A stretch of 64,000 nt of DNA from Eledone cirrhosa (GCA_964016885.1 OZ024758.1:5084001-5148000), one strand, 5' to 3'. Numbered from the stretch's first letter, positions 24,859 to 40,400 are shown. Notes: generated by a model from the letters alone, not told the origin. Program-made: numbers and translations.

Positions 24859-25196
24859 GATATGTCTGTGTGTGTGTAGATATGTCTGTGTGTGTAGATA
24901 TGTGTGTGTGTGTGTAGATATGTGTGTGTGTGTAGATATATGTGTGTGTGTGTGTGTGTGGATGTGTGTGTGTGTGTGTGTGTGTGTGTGGATATATGTG
25001 TGTGTGTATATATATATATATATATGTGTGTGTATATATATATATATGTGTGTGTGTATATATATATATATGTGTGTGTGTGTATATATATATGTGTGTG
25101 TGTATATATATATATATGTGTGTGTGTATATATATATATATGTGTGTGTGTATATATATATATATGTGTGTGTGTATATATATATATATGTGTGTG

Positions 25197-25247
<51 letters not shown>

Positions 25248-25313
25248 CCATATATATATATATGTGTGTGAGTGTGTGTATTTATAGATATATATACATA
25301 TATATATATATAT

Positions 25314-25353
<40 letters not shown>

Positions 25354-25670
25354 GTGTTTACGTGTACATATACATATCTTTCATCTGGGGGGGGGGGGGC
25401 TTCTGAATTCATGTATAGCCTTTAACTTAAGTTGTTCTCTATAGAATATCACATTCTTATTCCCTTTGTCTGCAGTTTTGTTAGCTTCAGTTGTGAAAGC
25501 TATAAAGAATCTTACTAGTTATTAACACCCTAATATACATTTTCTTTACTCATGTATCATGTATCAATCTGTCTACATTATATTTGCAGTGCTTAAACTT
25601 TAGATTTCTATCTACATTAATTTTTTTACTCATGTTTATTTATTTATTTTTTTTTTATTATTATTATTAT

Positions 25671-25706
<36 letters not shown>

Positions 25707-26259
25707 TAATTCTTTTCATGTAAAGCAATGGCGGTTCATTCTATATCTCATGTCTCTGGAACATTTATTTTCTTCGTATCTTTGTATCTACATTAGACAC
25801 TACAAACGCATTTGATCTCTTTCTCATCCCTTGAATCTAAATTATATGAACCCATAACTGCATCTGGTCTTCTATCGCCTAATCAAGCTACCTACTATAT
25901 ATTTACATCTAACATTGATACTGAACTGTATGGTATTTTAAGTCAGTTAAATAGAGTTCCACTATATTTACCTTCACTATCCATTACTCGTGTGCTTCGC
26001 GAATGTTCCATCTAAGACAACGTTTATAACTCCAACTATTAGGCTAATCCCGTCGTATTTTTTACTATTTCTGTATCTAATTATCCTTTATATTCTTACA
26101 CTGGTGTCTGGGATACGCGGCACATAGCGGCGATGATGAAGGACCGCTGAAGATAACTCCTCCTTAGATCTCGGGAATTTTACCCGCCGTAGATATAGAT
26201 ATAATTCTTACACAACCAAACCAAATAACCCCTAATAATCCAGATTTGTGGCATATAAT

Positions 26260-26800
26260 TACGTCTTTTTACGTTCCGAGTTTAAATCTCACAGGGGTTA
26301 GCTTTGCCTTTCATTATTACAGGGGTTGATAAAATAAAGTACCAGTAATGCATTGGGGGTCAGTTTAATGGACTTTCTCTGGTTGGCCTTGTGCCATAAC
26401 TAGAAACCCTTATTATTGGCAGTATTGGTAGAGGGCCAGACATGCTTTACAGCCTAGTTATTGACCTTCACATTCTGAGTTCAAATCTCCGTGAGGTTAA
26501 CTTTGCCTTTCATCCTTACGGGGTCGATAGAATAAAGTACCAGTAATTTACTGGGTATGTGCTGGCCTTGTGCCAAACGGAGAAACAATTATTATTGGCA
26601 GTATCGGTAGAGCGCCGGACAACGTTTCGCAGCATAGAGTTATGGTCCTTTACGTTCTGAGTTCAAATTCCGCCAAGGTTATCTTTACCTTTCATCCTTA
26701 CGGGGTCGATAAAACCAAGTACCACTAATATACTGGGGTTGATTTAATCGACTTTCCCTTCCCATTCAAATTCCTGGCCTTGTGCTTAAAATAGAAACAA
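26260..26800 (+). mobile_element. Three tandem SINE family 1 copies
   Basis: Head-to-tail copies joined by (ATT)n tails. Confidence 0.85.
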
Positions 26801-28506
26801 TTATTATACAGTAAGTCATTGTGGCCCTAGGGCCTAGAGCTCCCTGCCAAGGCTTATGTGTGTATAATGGTGTATAGCTGTGACATGTGTGTATAGTGGT
26901 GTATACACTCTATAACAAAACAAGTAGGTATATAACTTTTCTAGAAACTTCCACAAATTTTCTATAAATTATATTAATTCAGAGTGAAGTCAAAATATCA
27001 GAGAAAGTTGATTTTAGTTCGATATGATCAATCGAAATAGATCTTACAACAAGGAGGAAGAGAATAACAATAAATTTACTTGTGGTCTTTGTTGGTAACA
27101 ACAGAAACAAGGAAATAATATGAAAAAACATTCTGTGGATATTAATAAAAAAAACTGCATAGCGCATATTTCTACCGCTTTTGTTTTACAGTATTAATAT
27201 ATCTTTATAATATCATATACCTACATACACATACATATAATATATGTAGGTGTATGTAGGTGTATGTAGCTATATGTAGCTATATGTACGTATATGTACG
27301 CATATGTATGTATGTATGTTATATATATATCATATATTGTATATATCATATATTGTATATATCATTGTATATATGATATATAATGTATATGCATATATAT
27401 ATTATATAATGTATTCATATATTGTATATATCATATATTGTATATATGATATATAATGTATATGCATATATATATTATATAATATATATATATTATATGA
27501 TTTGATATATAATGTATATGCATATAATATATTATATAATGTATATATTATATGTAATATATATGTATATATATATATATATATAATGTGTGTGTGTGTG
27601 TGTGTCTGTGTGTGTGTATTCTTCTCTATAAATCTTCTCTCCCATGTCTAATCGGGCAACAATTGTTTATATGTCAGACATTTCAAGTGTATTCGGCTCT
27701 TCTGTATTCGGACCTTCTGTATTCGGACCTGGTGTGCAGCGTCAGTTGTCCGCCTTGATGTGTTCTCTCACTTCCTCTCTAAAGTATGCTTAACTGTGTT
27801 CTGTTGTAGCAACAGCTCTACATGACACGTGGCTTCTCACATTGGTAAAGTCGAAATATTTGAATTGAAAATAAAAAGAGTTCAAATCTTTACCACTAAG
27901 TATTTGTTTTATTTCTCCAACTAAGAAACCTTCAATTCGTTGAGTATGTTTTCACACGGTATTCAGTGCATCACCCTTCTAATACCAAGATGTACTTTCT
28001 TTCAGAACGAACAATTGTAGATTGAAATTGAGGAAATCTAGTGCCTGAATTAGTATATTATGTTTTCTTCTTTACTGAGAGATCATTTTATACCAATGAC
28101 GCAGGAATTCAATGATTGAGCAATCAATTTTATAGATGTAGACAACTCTTTCGGATCTCAACCCCTGTTAAATATATCAATACATCGATATATTTCATAT
28201 TTTAAGAAGAACATAATATACATTCAGTAGATAAGAAAAACTAAAAACTCCTGGAATACTGAGTATAGGAAAACATAATGTAATCGTTTGCTATATAGTT
28301 GATCGTTATCTAGTAATACAGACATGAGGAGATCTATACAGAAGTATAGACATACCTGAACTTATATATACATGAGAAGGTTGCGGTAGAAGTATATATA
28401 CACTTGAAAAATGCAAACCATGAAACGTATTTTCATTTATCTTCATTTCATATTTATGGTTTTTATCTATCATATATTTCATTACATTTAAGAGTATATG
28501 TGTTTG

Positions 28507-28545
<39 letters not shown>

Positions 28546-28702
28546 CCACATCTAAAAACTTGGATATAAATATATATTTATTTATTTATATATTTGTGTA
28601 TATATTTTTTTTATGTATATTTTTTTTTTATTTATATATATATACATTTATTTATATATTTGCGTTCTAGCTGAGGTCAGGCTGGAGCATATTCTGACTA
28701 GC

Positions 28703-28740
<38 letters not shown>

Positions 28741-28744
<4 letters not shown>

Positions 28745-29070
28745 CAACATAGAAAACAATCAAATTTTTGTTTAATACATTTAATTGCTGACAAATGTCT
28801 GGAATCATCGCACCATATACAATGTATCTTAATAGATGTTCTAAAGATTAGGAATTTAATTATTTGTTTTAACATTGTATATGCTGGAATGACCCCAGAC
28901 ATTTGTCTGGAAGAAACGATCGTCAGCAATTAAATGCATTAAACAAAAATTTGATTGTTTTCTATGTTGTATTTTTGCTCTGTAATATATCTGATATCTT
29001 ACATTGAGCTAACTTTCTTACTGGTAATTGGGTAATACAAAATATTACCCTTATCTTATTTATAATTGTA
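28741..29070 (+). mobile_element. Family E fold-back element with degenerate HHR (28882-28928)
   Basis: Inverted arms; TGCT-GGAATGA-CCAGAC attt GTCTGG-GAAA-CGATCG-TC-AGCA; tail ATTGAGCT at 29003. Confidence 0.65.
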
Positions 29071-29077
29071 TATAGAT

Positions 29078-29124
<47 letters not shown>

Positions 29125-30260
29125 AGTCACACACATATATAATTACTATTTTCATAAATATATATAGATATAATATATATATATATGTGTGTGTGTGTAT
29201 GTCAGTGTTCGTATGTGTGTTGTGTGGGGGGGGGGGTATATGTGCGTTCGCGAGTCTATAAATGTATATTTATCAGTTTTTCATAAAATGAAGAAGAGAT
29301 TTGTAGATCCACGTAGACTGGTGAGATCAATACGCTTGTTTGATGTCAACATATATAGGCTGACATCTGTTTGAAAAAACATCGACAGAGATTTTGAGCG
29401 TTTTCGTGGACACTTGACCTGCTAGAAATAGCAGCGAAATATTACTCAAATTTGAATTATTTACTCTTTTACTCTTTTACTCTTTTCCCTGTTTCAGCCA
29501 TCCGGCTGAGGCCATGCTGGGGCACCTACGTGCATAATTAAATATATGTTCATGTCTATACAGATGTATATAAATACACACTACTGGAATATCTCTAGAA
29601 TATGTTTGTGAATCACTAGCATCTGTAAATTTGATGTTTTCCTCTTGGTTTTGTAAAGACTTGCCTATTAAGATTTGTGCTACAAAACCAACAGCATAGC
29701 TATAAATTTATAGTCCAAATATTTCTCTATATTTCAATATTTCTCCAAATTTCTCTATATTTCAGTATTTATGAATAAAAGTATGCCTGTATATATGCAG
29801 CTATAAGTTTTCATAGTCCGTCGACTCTAGTACCTCAAGATTTCACAGCTCTAGCATCACTCCACAAGCCTATGAACTTTTAAACCAACCCTCATACTTC
29901 AAGATGTCACAGCTCTAGCATTCGTCCTTTATATTCAGCCTATGAACTTCAGTCGACCCTCGTATATTCCGGATACATTTGGTTCATACAATACTCTTTG
30001 ATTTGTTACCATATTCTACTGGATGAAGATCCTGCAATGGGTTCATGTTTTATGGTATTGATTTTCATGAACCTAATAAAACCATATTGTGTTCTGCAGC
30101 TTTTATGCAAAAGGATCTACATATCTTAGAAGTAAGGATTTCATACCCGAACCTTTATATATATGTTTGTGTGTACATATGTCTTAGAAGTAAGGATTTA
30201 TTATCTGAGCTTTCATATATTCGAAGACAATCTCCACATCAATGATTATATCACTATTTA

Positions 30261-30292
<32 letters not shown>

Positions 30293-30294
30293 CA

Positions 30295-30332
<38 letters not shown>

Positions 30333-30899
30333 TGTGTGTATATATGTCTTAGAAGTAAGAATTTATTACCCGAGCTTTCATATATTCGAAGGCAATCTCC
30401 ATATCAATGATTATATCACTATTTATGTGTGTGTATATTTATATGTGTATATACATGTGTATATATATATATTTATATCAATGATTTTATCTCTATTTAT
30501 TGCTGTTTTCATGTCTACACTAGCGTAATTCAGTTACAATGGTGTTTGCGTGTTAAACATATTGGACATAAAAGGCCTAATTTAAGATACTTATGTGACA
30601 ACTAAAATGCATTATCACGATAAGTAATATAATTTTCATAACTTTGGAAGTTATGGAGTGTAAATACACACACACATTAATACATGCATTCACACACGTA
30701 TACATACATGCGTACACACACACACTCATACATATATTCATGAGATGAACATTAAAATTATTCCTGAGAGAAATTAAGCCAAGCATATCTTGTTGACATG
30801 TTGCCTATAGAATACTGAACTCAAGATGGCTGCCAGTAGCTGGGTGGATTGTAAACCACAAAACGTTTTTCATTAATTGTTAAAAAGAGACGGAGATAG

Positions 30900-31380
30900 G
30901 ATTTAGTCATATATAATATCATGACATCTAGCTCTAGCTAATATCACCATATATGGTAAATGAGATATAAGACCACCAAAATAAGGGATATATAGAGAGC
31001 AAGGTGGAGAGCATATCTGCCTAGAGAATATTGAATTCATGATGGTTTTAAATAGCTCGTTTTCCATCATTAATCGTTAAAAAGAGACGAAATTTAGTCA
31101 TATATAATATCATGACACCTAGCTCTAGCTAATATCACCATATATGGTAAATGAGATATAAGACCACCAAAATAAGGGATATATAGAGAGCAAGGTGGAG
31201 AGCATATCTGCCTAGAGAATATTGAATTCATGATGGTTTTAAATAGCTCGTTTTCCATCATTAATCGTTAAAAAGAGACGAAATTTAGTCATATATAATA
31301 TCATGACACCTAGCTCTAGCTAATATCACCATATATGGTAAATGAGATATAAGAAGACCACCAAAATAAGAGATAGACAG
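30900..31380. repeat. ~189-bp tandem duplication (about 2.5 copies)
   Basis: ATTTAGTCATATATAATATCATGACA...AAGAGACG repeated. Confidence 0.9.
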
Positions 31381-31848
31381 AGACCAAGATGGTGGAAAAC
31401 TTGACGATGGTTGATAACCGAGAAAGAGAAAAATGGAGATTGCATCTTTTCCTGTGCAGCTACGGCTTCCTTATGCTCGAGATTTTGATCGATTGTGTAA
31501 TTAACAATTGTACGTATTCAAACTGAGTTAGACGACTTGCTTCAAGAATGTTCGTTAAGAAATTGAAGTAGCCATAAATTTATTCTCGTTTCATATTTAT
31601 TACTCACATGTAATAGATTTTAAAATAGTAATAACCATTTGACTGTTTAGTCATAAGACATCACTGAAGCTAAGCTTTAGTGTTCAACTGTTTTAACCGA
31701 TTGTATTAACTTTATTACCTCATCTAGTATTTGTTCGAAGTAATCTGATATATTTATCTAAGCACACACACAGCCACCCTCCACATATAAGACATTTTTT
31801 CCAATTCCAACCCGCCCGTCCCTTCAATCTATCTAATTTATCATTCTT

Positions 31849-31884
31849 TCTTCTGATGAAGGACTAGCGTCCGAAACGTTAAGA
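31849..31884 (+). ncRNA. Minimal type I hammerhead ribozyme
   Basis: TCTT-CTGATGA-A-GGAC tagc GTCC-GAAA-CG-TT-AAGA; the downstream sequence runs into (TA)n and recurs inverted at 23241-23314. Confidence 0.75.
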
Positions 31885-31965
31885 CCCTCTTCCTGCTATT
31901 TCAAGCGTTAACCTAATATATTCCTTCCATATACTGTACCGATTGTTATTTTTGTTTACCTTTTG

Positions 31966-32001
<36 letters not shown>

Positions 32002-32021
32002 TGTGTGTGAAAATTTAGATA

Positions 32022-32052
<31 letters not shown>

Positions 32053-32376
32053 ATAGAGAGAGAGGGGGGATAGATATATGTATATATAGAGAGGTATAGA
32101 TATATGTATAGAGAGATGGATAGATATATGTATAGAGAGATGGATATAGATAGAGAGAGAGATATATATATATAGAGAGATAGAGATATATATATAGAGA
32201 GAGACTGCGATGCTGAGATCGGGGATACCTTTAATCGTGGGAGTACTCAATACATGGTGAAATGCAGTGTGTGTATATAGATATGAGAAAATCCCACGGC
32301 GGAAGCTCTATTTTCACTATCTAATTTTAAAATTCTCCGGTGTTTGTAAACAACGCTAAGCTCAGTATCTGATATA

Positions 32377-32415
32377 TTATTTGATAATGCATAAAAATGC
32401 TGAAACCGGTAATAG
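32377..32415 (+). ncRNA. Minimal hammerhead, U3-A8 variant
   Basis: TTAT-TTGATAA-t GCAT aaaa ATGC t-GAAA-CCGG-TA-ATAG; AATAAA downstream. Confidence 0.55.
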
Positions 32416-32565
32416 ACAATTATTAAATATATAAATAAATGCCATTGTTAATTAATAAATAAATCAACTAATACTTCACACAAAGTAAAATATTTCGTTT
32501 TAATCATTTTCTAAAAAAGGGAAAAAATATATATTTTTCTTCCTAATAATCGTCTTTTTCTCCGT

Positions 32566-32607
<42 letters not shown>

Positions 32608-32991
32608 CATGAACAACAAGTCAATAGCTTATAATACCTGTTGACTTGCACCTCAGTTTTATAAATATACACCAGAGTAAACACACTGAACTGCATACTG
32701 AAGGGTCGGTGATTAACTAACACACTCTAATTAATCATATATAATTAATCATATATACTACCAAAATTACTACCAAAATTAAATTCAAGATGCCATGTCT
32801 GAGAATATCAGAAGCATGCGCCATATCACCTGTGGAATAAGCTCAAAGATTCCAAGTAATAAATCCGAGTATTTAAAGAAAATACCCGTGCCTAGCAGGA
32901 AGATGTATTTAAGTATCGTCTGCCTGTTTTCCTTCGGTTGCAACGTTTTTTGAAATATTTACTTCTGCGTTCACAGACTGATTTTTTTTTT

Positions 32992-33042
32992 AGTTTCTGA
33001 GGATCCCGTTAAGGGTGAAAGCAGCGATTCTTTGCTTAAACT
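32992..33042 (+). ncRNA. Type I hammerhead ribozyme (family B)
   Basis: AGTTT-CTGAGGA-t CCC gttaa GGG t-GAA-AGCA..TGCT-T-AAACT; tail ATCGAGCCCTC at 33097, then (TA)n. Confidence 0.65.
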
Positions 33043-33153
33043 TTAATCTGTTATTTGCTCTATGGTTTTTAAATATTTGATATATATATTATCCTTATCG
33101 AGCCCTCTTCGGATTTTAGTTTTCACATTTATTATCATTAATATATATATATA

Positions 33154-33202
<49 letters not shown>

Positions 33203-33629
33203 ATATATGTGTGTGTATATGTGTGTGTGTGTGTGTATATATATATATGTGTGTATATATATATGTGTGTGTATATATATGTGTGTGTATATATATATGT
33301 GTGTGTATATATATATATATGTGTGTGTATATATATATGTGTGTGTGTATATATGTGTGTGTGTATATATGTGTGTGTGTGTGTATATATGTGTGTGTGT
33401 ATATATGTGTGTGTGTGTGTATATATGTGTGTGTGTATATATATGTGTGTGTGTGTATATATATGTGTGTGTGTGTATATATATATGTGTGTGTATATAT
33501 ATGTATGTGTGTGTATATATATGTATATGTGTGTGTATATATATGTATGTGTGTGTGTATATATATGTGTGTGTATATATGTATATATATATATATATAT
33601 ATGTGTAGAATTAGTATATATATATATGT

Positions 33630-33700
33630 GTAGAATTAGTCCAGAATTAGCCGTCGAAACGGCTTGAGCTCAGCTGTCGGGGTCTTACTGGTTCCTATTA
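33630..33700 (+). mobile_element. Family A single-arm fragment
   Basis: CCAGAATTAGCCGTCGAAACGGCTTGAGCTCAGCTGTCGGGGTC. Confidence 0.65.
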
Positions 33701-33997
33701 TATATGTGTATATATATAGTGTAAAATATGTTTTGTAATTATGGTGGTAATTCTTGAAAATGTGCTATTTTCATAGAGTAGCTCAACAGCATTTCATTAT
33801 AATAATGAGAAAGTTTGGGTGCATAAAGATGGAAGCCAGACAGATTTCCGGGAAATTGACATCTTTTCATTTCTATCATCTCCCATTGAATCCAATCAAA
33901 TAGTCTCTCTATGCCATTTTCTCCACATCGTTCTCTCTGTCACACACACACACACACACACACTCTTTGCCTCCCCCCTCCCCTGTCTCTCTGTATG

Positions 33998-34032
<35 letters not shown>

Positions 34033-34084
34033 TAAAATAACAGATTAAATATATATATAATGGTGTCTCACATGCACAAAGGTA

Positions 34085-34124
<40 letters not shown>

Positions 34125-35984
34125 CTAATAGGCATACATGCATATTCAATATATTTTTTTCCAAGTCTATACGACTCTTTCTTATTGGAACCAAGCCCAG
34201 TCTCTTAGTCTCGTATGAAGAAAAACTACATTATCGAGTCTAGAAACACAAAAGGTATAATCGATAACATTTTATCGGAGTTAGAAATTGCGGTACTTAT
34301 CTTTATTATATTATTTATATACACATCATGTCTTTCTCTTTGAATTATTCCTATTAAGGGATTGCTGTCTCTTAAACAAACCAAACGTTATCTCTGGACA
34401 TTTGACAGCAATTAAGATTTATGTGCCACACTTCGGAACTAGCGTCACATATTTCTTTTGTCTGTTTACAGATTAAATTTACTGTATGCATTAAATAGTA
34501 GTTTTCTGCACTTGAAAACTTTACATTTCCATAGCCATTACCTAAATAAGATTATTACTTTTTAATGAAATAAAAAAATATAATAATTGTTTCTACTTTA
34601 GGCACAAGGCCAGCCATTACCCAGTGCATTACTGGTACTTTATTTTATCGACCCCGTAAGGATGAAAGGCAAAGTCAACCTCGGCGGGATTTGAACTCAG
34701 ATCGTAAAGGGACGTAACTATGCTGGAGAGCATGGCATCCGACCCTCTACCGATACTGCCAATCCACCGCCCTCTAAAAAAATATAAGTGCCATCCATTT
34801 CAAGCATAACTTTAAATTTGGAAAATGGTAAAGAATTTCTTTTGAATTTGTTCTGAAAACTTTGGTTTTCAATACGTTGAACATCTCTTCACATTTTAAT
34901 CATAACTTTAAATTTAGAAAATGGTAAAGAATCTGTAGCTTTTGAATTTGTTCTGAAAACTTTGGCTTTGAATACGTTGTACAGCTTCTCTTAACAATTG
35001 GACAGCATGAGTTTTATCTGTGTTCCTAACGAGTACATTACGACTGTTGTCTCTACATAGGGAGAAGTTTTCACAGGAATATAGCACTCGTACTGTATTG
35101 AAAACATGTGATTGTATTCAACAGCAGAAATATTTTATATACTAGAATATATTTCAATATGCTGATGCTTGTTGAAATAAAAAGAAAATTAGCAATTTTG
35201 TGTGCGTATATGTGTGTATGTGCATATGCATACATCTATATGTATGAATATATAAATATAAACGTGCAAACACACACACTTACAACAATACACACCCAGA
35301 CATACATTCATACAAATACACATACATTAACACACACACATACATACTCACACACACACGCACACATACATTCACACAAACATACACATACACTCACAGA
35401 CACTCGCATATAGCAAATGAAACGCCAGTCGCTGTTTTGCTATAGTTTTTTTTTACATCAACTCCTTTTTTTCCTTTTACGCAGGCAGTGTGATAGACGG
35501 AAGTCGCTCAAATCTTTATATAGATTTATCACAATGACAATACCTTGCCAAAAAAGATCATATCTGTACTGCCTTTTTCGGAGTTGATGAAAATATGGCA
35601 AGTTTCATCTACTTATATATGGCTATCGACATTTTCTGTTACATGTTGACGGGTAACTATTTCACTCTCGTGGTTGTTCAACGAATTGTTTTGTTTCTTT
35701 TATTTGTAAAATAATTATCATCATCAGGCGACTTCAGCCGAAAGGGACTCAACAATTGATCTCCACGTGGGTCTGTCGTTCATTGCCGTTGCCAAGTTCC
35801 GGATTTCAACACCAGAATCTCTGGAGATGACATCGGGGTAGGAGAGCTTGCGCCCCCTGTTATTAGTGACTGCTTGTGGTTTCCAAAGCACTAATGGACG
35901 GACGGACGGAAACACTCACACACACATACACACACTCACACACATACACACACACACATACACACACACACATACACACACATA

Positions 35985-36079
<95 letters not shown>

Positions 36080-37474
36080 ACACACATTCAAATACACGTA
36101 CACACAAATGCACACATAAAATCATACCTACATATATTCATACACACACAAATGCATATATACATACAAAAACACACACACACAGGTACATATATACACA
36201 CACACACAAATGCATATATATATATATATGCACACATACATGCACACAAAAATGCATATATAGATATATATATATATGCATACATATCTGCACACAAATA
36301 CATATATATATATACACATGCATGCAAGCATATATATATATACACATGCATGCAAGCATATACATATATACATACATACAAGCACACATATACATACATA
36401 CACACAAACACATATATATAATCTATATATAATCCATACGAATTCGTTCACTCTATGTAAAGAGTGATATAAGAGAGAATTCTTCTGCTTTTTAAGTTAA
36501 AAAAGAAATCATCTTAAGATTAATCTTCTTTTTATGCTTTTAAAGAGCCATTTTATGAATATAAATATGGATTTTCCTTAAGTCACTTCAGCAAAGTTAT
36601 TGTTTTATATGTAAAGGAGAACTCTAATCGTATCAATTATATTCAATAAAAAATAATGTCGTTTATTATCAACGGTTTATGTAGTTCTAGAATCTGATAT
36701 GTTGCGGGTGAAAATGGTTACGAGGTATATATGGCGGTTTATCAATATTATCAAATATTAGATTCTTATTGCTTGTAGGGAATATCTTCATTTTGTGGGG
36801 GGGGGGGTTAAGGCAGATCCCATATCTGCTGATGCATAAACTAGAGATTACTAAAACAAACACACCTACTCACATATATACACACACACACGCATACACA
36901 CACGCATACACACACGCATACACACACGCATACACACACGCATACACACACGCATACGCACACGCACACGCATACGCACACGCACACGCACACGCACACG
37001 CACACGCACACGCACATACACACACACACGCATACCTACACATACACACATACCTACACAGACACACACACACATAGACACACACACACCATACACACAC
37101 ACGCATACACACACACATACACACACACACATACCTACACATACACACATACCTACACATACACACATACCTACACATAGACACACACACACACACATAG
37201 ACACACATACACACCATATACACACATACACACCATATACACACACATATATTTATTTACGATGTTAAACCATAACCACGGGGTTTATTTCTCTGGAGAA
37301 AAGAAACAATAGGCATAAAATTAAATAGCTTTTAGTCTTCTTAGGCTTTCTTGGAAGAATAAATTCATATTCTTAGTCTAGGAATTATAAATAAACTAGG
37401 AGTCACCTAAACTGGCCAATCCAATTTGCATGACAGTGCATACATTCCCAATGGGAATTAATAATTTAATATTA

Positions 37475-40400
37475 TTGGCAGTATCAGTAGAGCATCAGAT
37501 ACCATACTTTGAAGCATAGTTCAAATCCTGCCAAGGTTAATTTTGCCTTTCATCTTTACAGGTTCGATAAAAGTACCAGTAATGTACTAGGGTAATTGCT
37601 GGTCTTGTGTCAAAAGTAGAAACAATTATTATTATTGGCAGTATCGTTAGAGCGTCGGACGTTATGTTTCGCGACAGAGTTATGGCCCTTTACGTTCTGA
37701 GTTCAAATCCTGCCGAAGCTAACTTTGCCTTTCATCCTTGCAGGGGTAATAAAATAAAGTTCCAGTAATGCACTAGGGTCGATTTAATTTACTTTTCCCT
37801 CCACTTCAAATTGCTGGCCTTTTGACTAAAGTAGGAACAGTTATTAGTAAAATAATAAACCAATAAACACCCGCTCTGAGTTTAATAATTAGTTTATGGG
37901 TGTCATCTAAGTAATTCTAGGAAATTGCGATAGATTGAGTTCATATAATTACAGGAAATTATTACTAAGAACTAGCAGAAAAACTACCCTTCGGGTGGTT
38001 TTCTGCTGGTATGTGTAGTGTGAATATTAATATTATACGCAAATAGATATGATACGTCAAATAGATATGATACGTCAAATGAAATTGTAATTGACAATAT
38101 GCACAGAAATTGAACGAAGTCTGTGTTACACTGTCTTCTGTAATCAGTGAAGTAATCCATGATACATTTTAAAAAGACGATATTATATATAAACTGCATA
38201 TATAATAAACTAAAATGTTATGAAAACGAAAAAGGAGAAAATTAGCGGCGGAAATATAAACCTTATATAACGATGCAAATATATGAATGTTTATATAAGC
38301 GATGTGATAAGTGTTATAATATAACGGACACTAACCGGAAGTATTGACATTTGAAAATTTTAAAGAAGTGAATTTTAAAATAAGCAGTACTTTATATATA
38401 AGAATATTTATGTTTAATCAAAAACCACGAAATTTAGTAGATAAATTATATAATATTCATTCATTCATTCATTGGATTGGCAGTATCTGTAGAGGGTCGG
38501 ACACCATGCTTTGACGCATGGAGTTACGGCCCTTGCCATTCTGAGTTCAAATCCCGCCGAGGTTAACTTTGCCTTTAATCCTTACGTGGTCGTTAAACTG
38601 AGGTACCAGTAATGCACTGGGTAATTGCTGGGCAACTGCCAAAAGTAGAAACAATTATTTATTCAAAGTAATCCAACATATTTTACTAACGGGATGAAAA
38701 AAAAAATAAAACGGACGTTGTCCCGCACTCCTCTCTTTATTATATTATAGATATATTATTAGGGCGGTGGATTGGCAGTATCGGTAGAGAGTCGGAAGCC
38801 ATGCTTTCCAGCATAGTTACGTCCCTTTGTGATCTGAGTTCAAATCCCGCTGAGGTTGACTTTGCCTTTCATCCTTACGGGGTGGATGAAATAAAGTACC
38901 AGTAATGCACTGGGTAATTGCTGGCCTTGTGTCTGAAGTAGAAACAATTATATTATAGATATATTATAATGGCGTAGCTTGATTCTTATATAGCCTGTAT
39001 AATAGAGAAATGTGTTCAAGAGGACAACTACATGAATCGATCAGACCAATGCTATATCTAGAGAAGTTTGTAATTTCGTTTACGAGAATTTCAACGAGTT
39101 TCTGTACAATTTTGAATTTTCCTCACACCATGAAATTCTTCCACTTCATAATGCGATGACAATTGCTTGGAATTATTTGATTCTCAGTGAATGTGTTTTC
39201 ATCACCTTTAAGTGTTAGGATATGTGTACTAGTTCAAATATTTGTATAGCTATTGTGTACTGTTTAGTTAATCTTATCCTCTATCTAATTTTCCAGTTCA
39301 TACTACTGGCACATGCTAGATCTTAAAACGCATTTATTCTTCAAATAAGCTTAATTTTTCTTTCATTGGAAAATACTGGTATGTTGTGAAGTATTTTTTA
39401 TTTAATTAGAGGTGCTGATTTTGAATTAAAAGTACTTGTCGAGATATATAATTTACAACGTAGTTCTCACAAAAATAACTTATCCTACCGTACTAGACAT
39501 GTTCTATCGTTGGTTGGCTGTCTATTAACAGCTGTTTCCATTCTTCCACATCTATTTTTTAACGTTTTCTGCAAAATGTGTATATGTGTATGCCGTGTAT
39601 ACTTATAATACTAATGCCATGCATATTAAGAATTGTTTCTACTTTTGGCACAAGGCCAGTAATTACCCAGTGTATTACTGGTACTTTATTCTATCGACCC
39701 CGTAAGGATGAAAGGCAAAGTTAACCTCGGCGGGATTTGAACTCATACCGTAAAGGGCCATAACTCTAAACTGCAAAGCATGGTGTCTGATGCTCTACCG
39801 ATACTGCCAATCCACCGTCCTTAATACTTGTTTCTACTTTTGGCACAAGGCTAGCAAATCCCCCAGTGTATTACTGGTACTTTATTTGATCGACCCCGTA
39901 AGGATGAAAGGCAAAGTTAACCTCGGCGGGAATTGAACTCAGACCATAAAGGGCCGTAACTCCCACAAAATTGCTGGCCTTGTGCCTAACGTAGAAACAA
40001 TTATTTTGTAAAATACGAATGTCTTTTATTCTCATCGATCAACATATAACTATTGTTAGCCAATATATCTATCGATTTCTTCCCATTTGTTACAGCAATT
40101 GTGTATCGTTGTCAATTTTGATACTAGATGGTCATATTTCACAAAATTAATCGTATTTTCTTTTTACTGAAACTGTTTGACAAACGAGAAAAAGAATCTC
40201 TTGTGACGTTGGTGTAAAAATTGAGGTGAAGTATAATATTGATGACATGGTACCAAACCAACCTATTTTTTGTACCATTCATTTGACACTATACTTTGGC
40301 TGTTAATGTATGGAAGACGGAAATAATATAGAGTATACGAGGGTCGATTGAAAAGATCATAGGCTGACCAAGATACTCTCATGGAATGACCAAAAGGAGG

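Noticed and set aside
25670-26040. Minus-strand poly(A)-tailed segment as a retrocopy or L1 end
   Set aside because: No recognisable protein motif or TSD; it cannot be assigned.
35485-35655. Possible exon after a strong polypyrimidine-CAG acceptor
   Set aside because: All three frames hit stop codons before the candidate donor.
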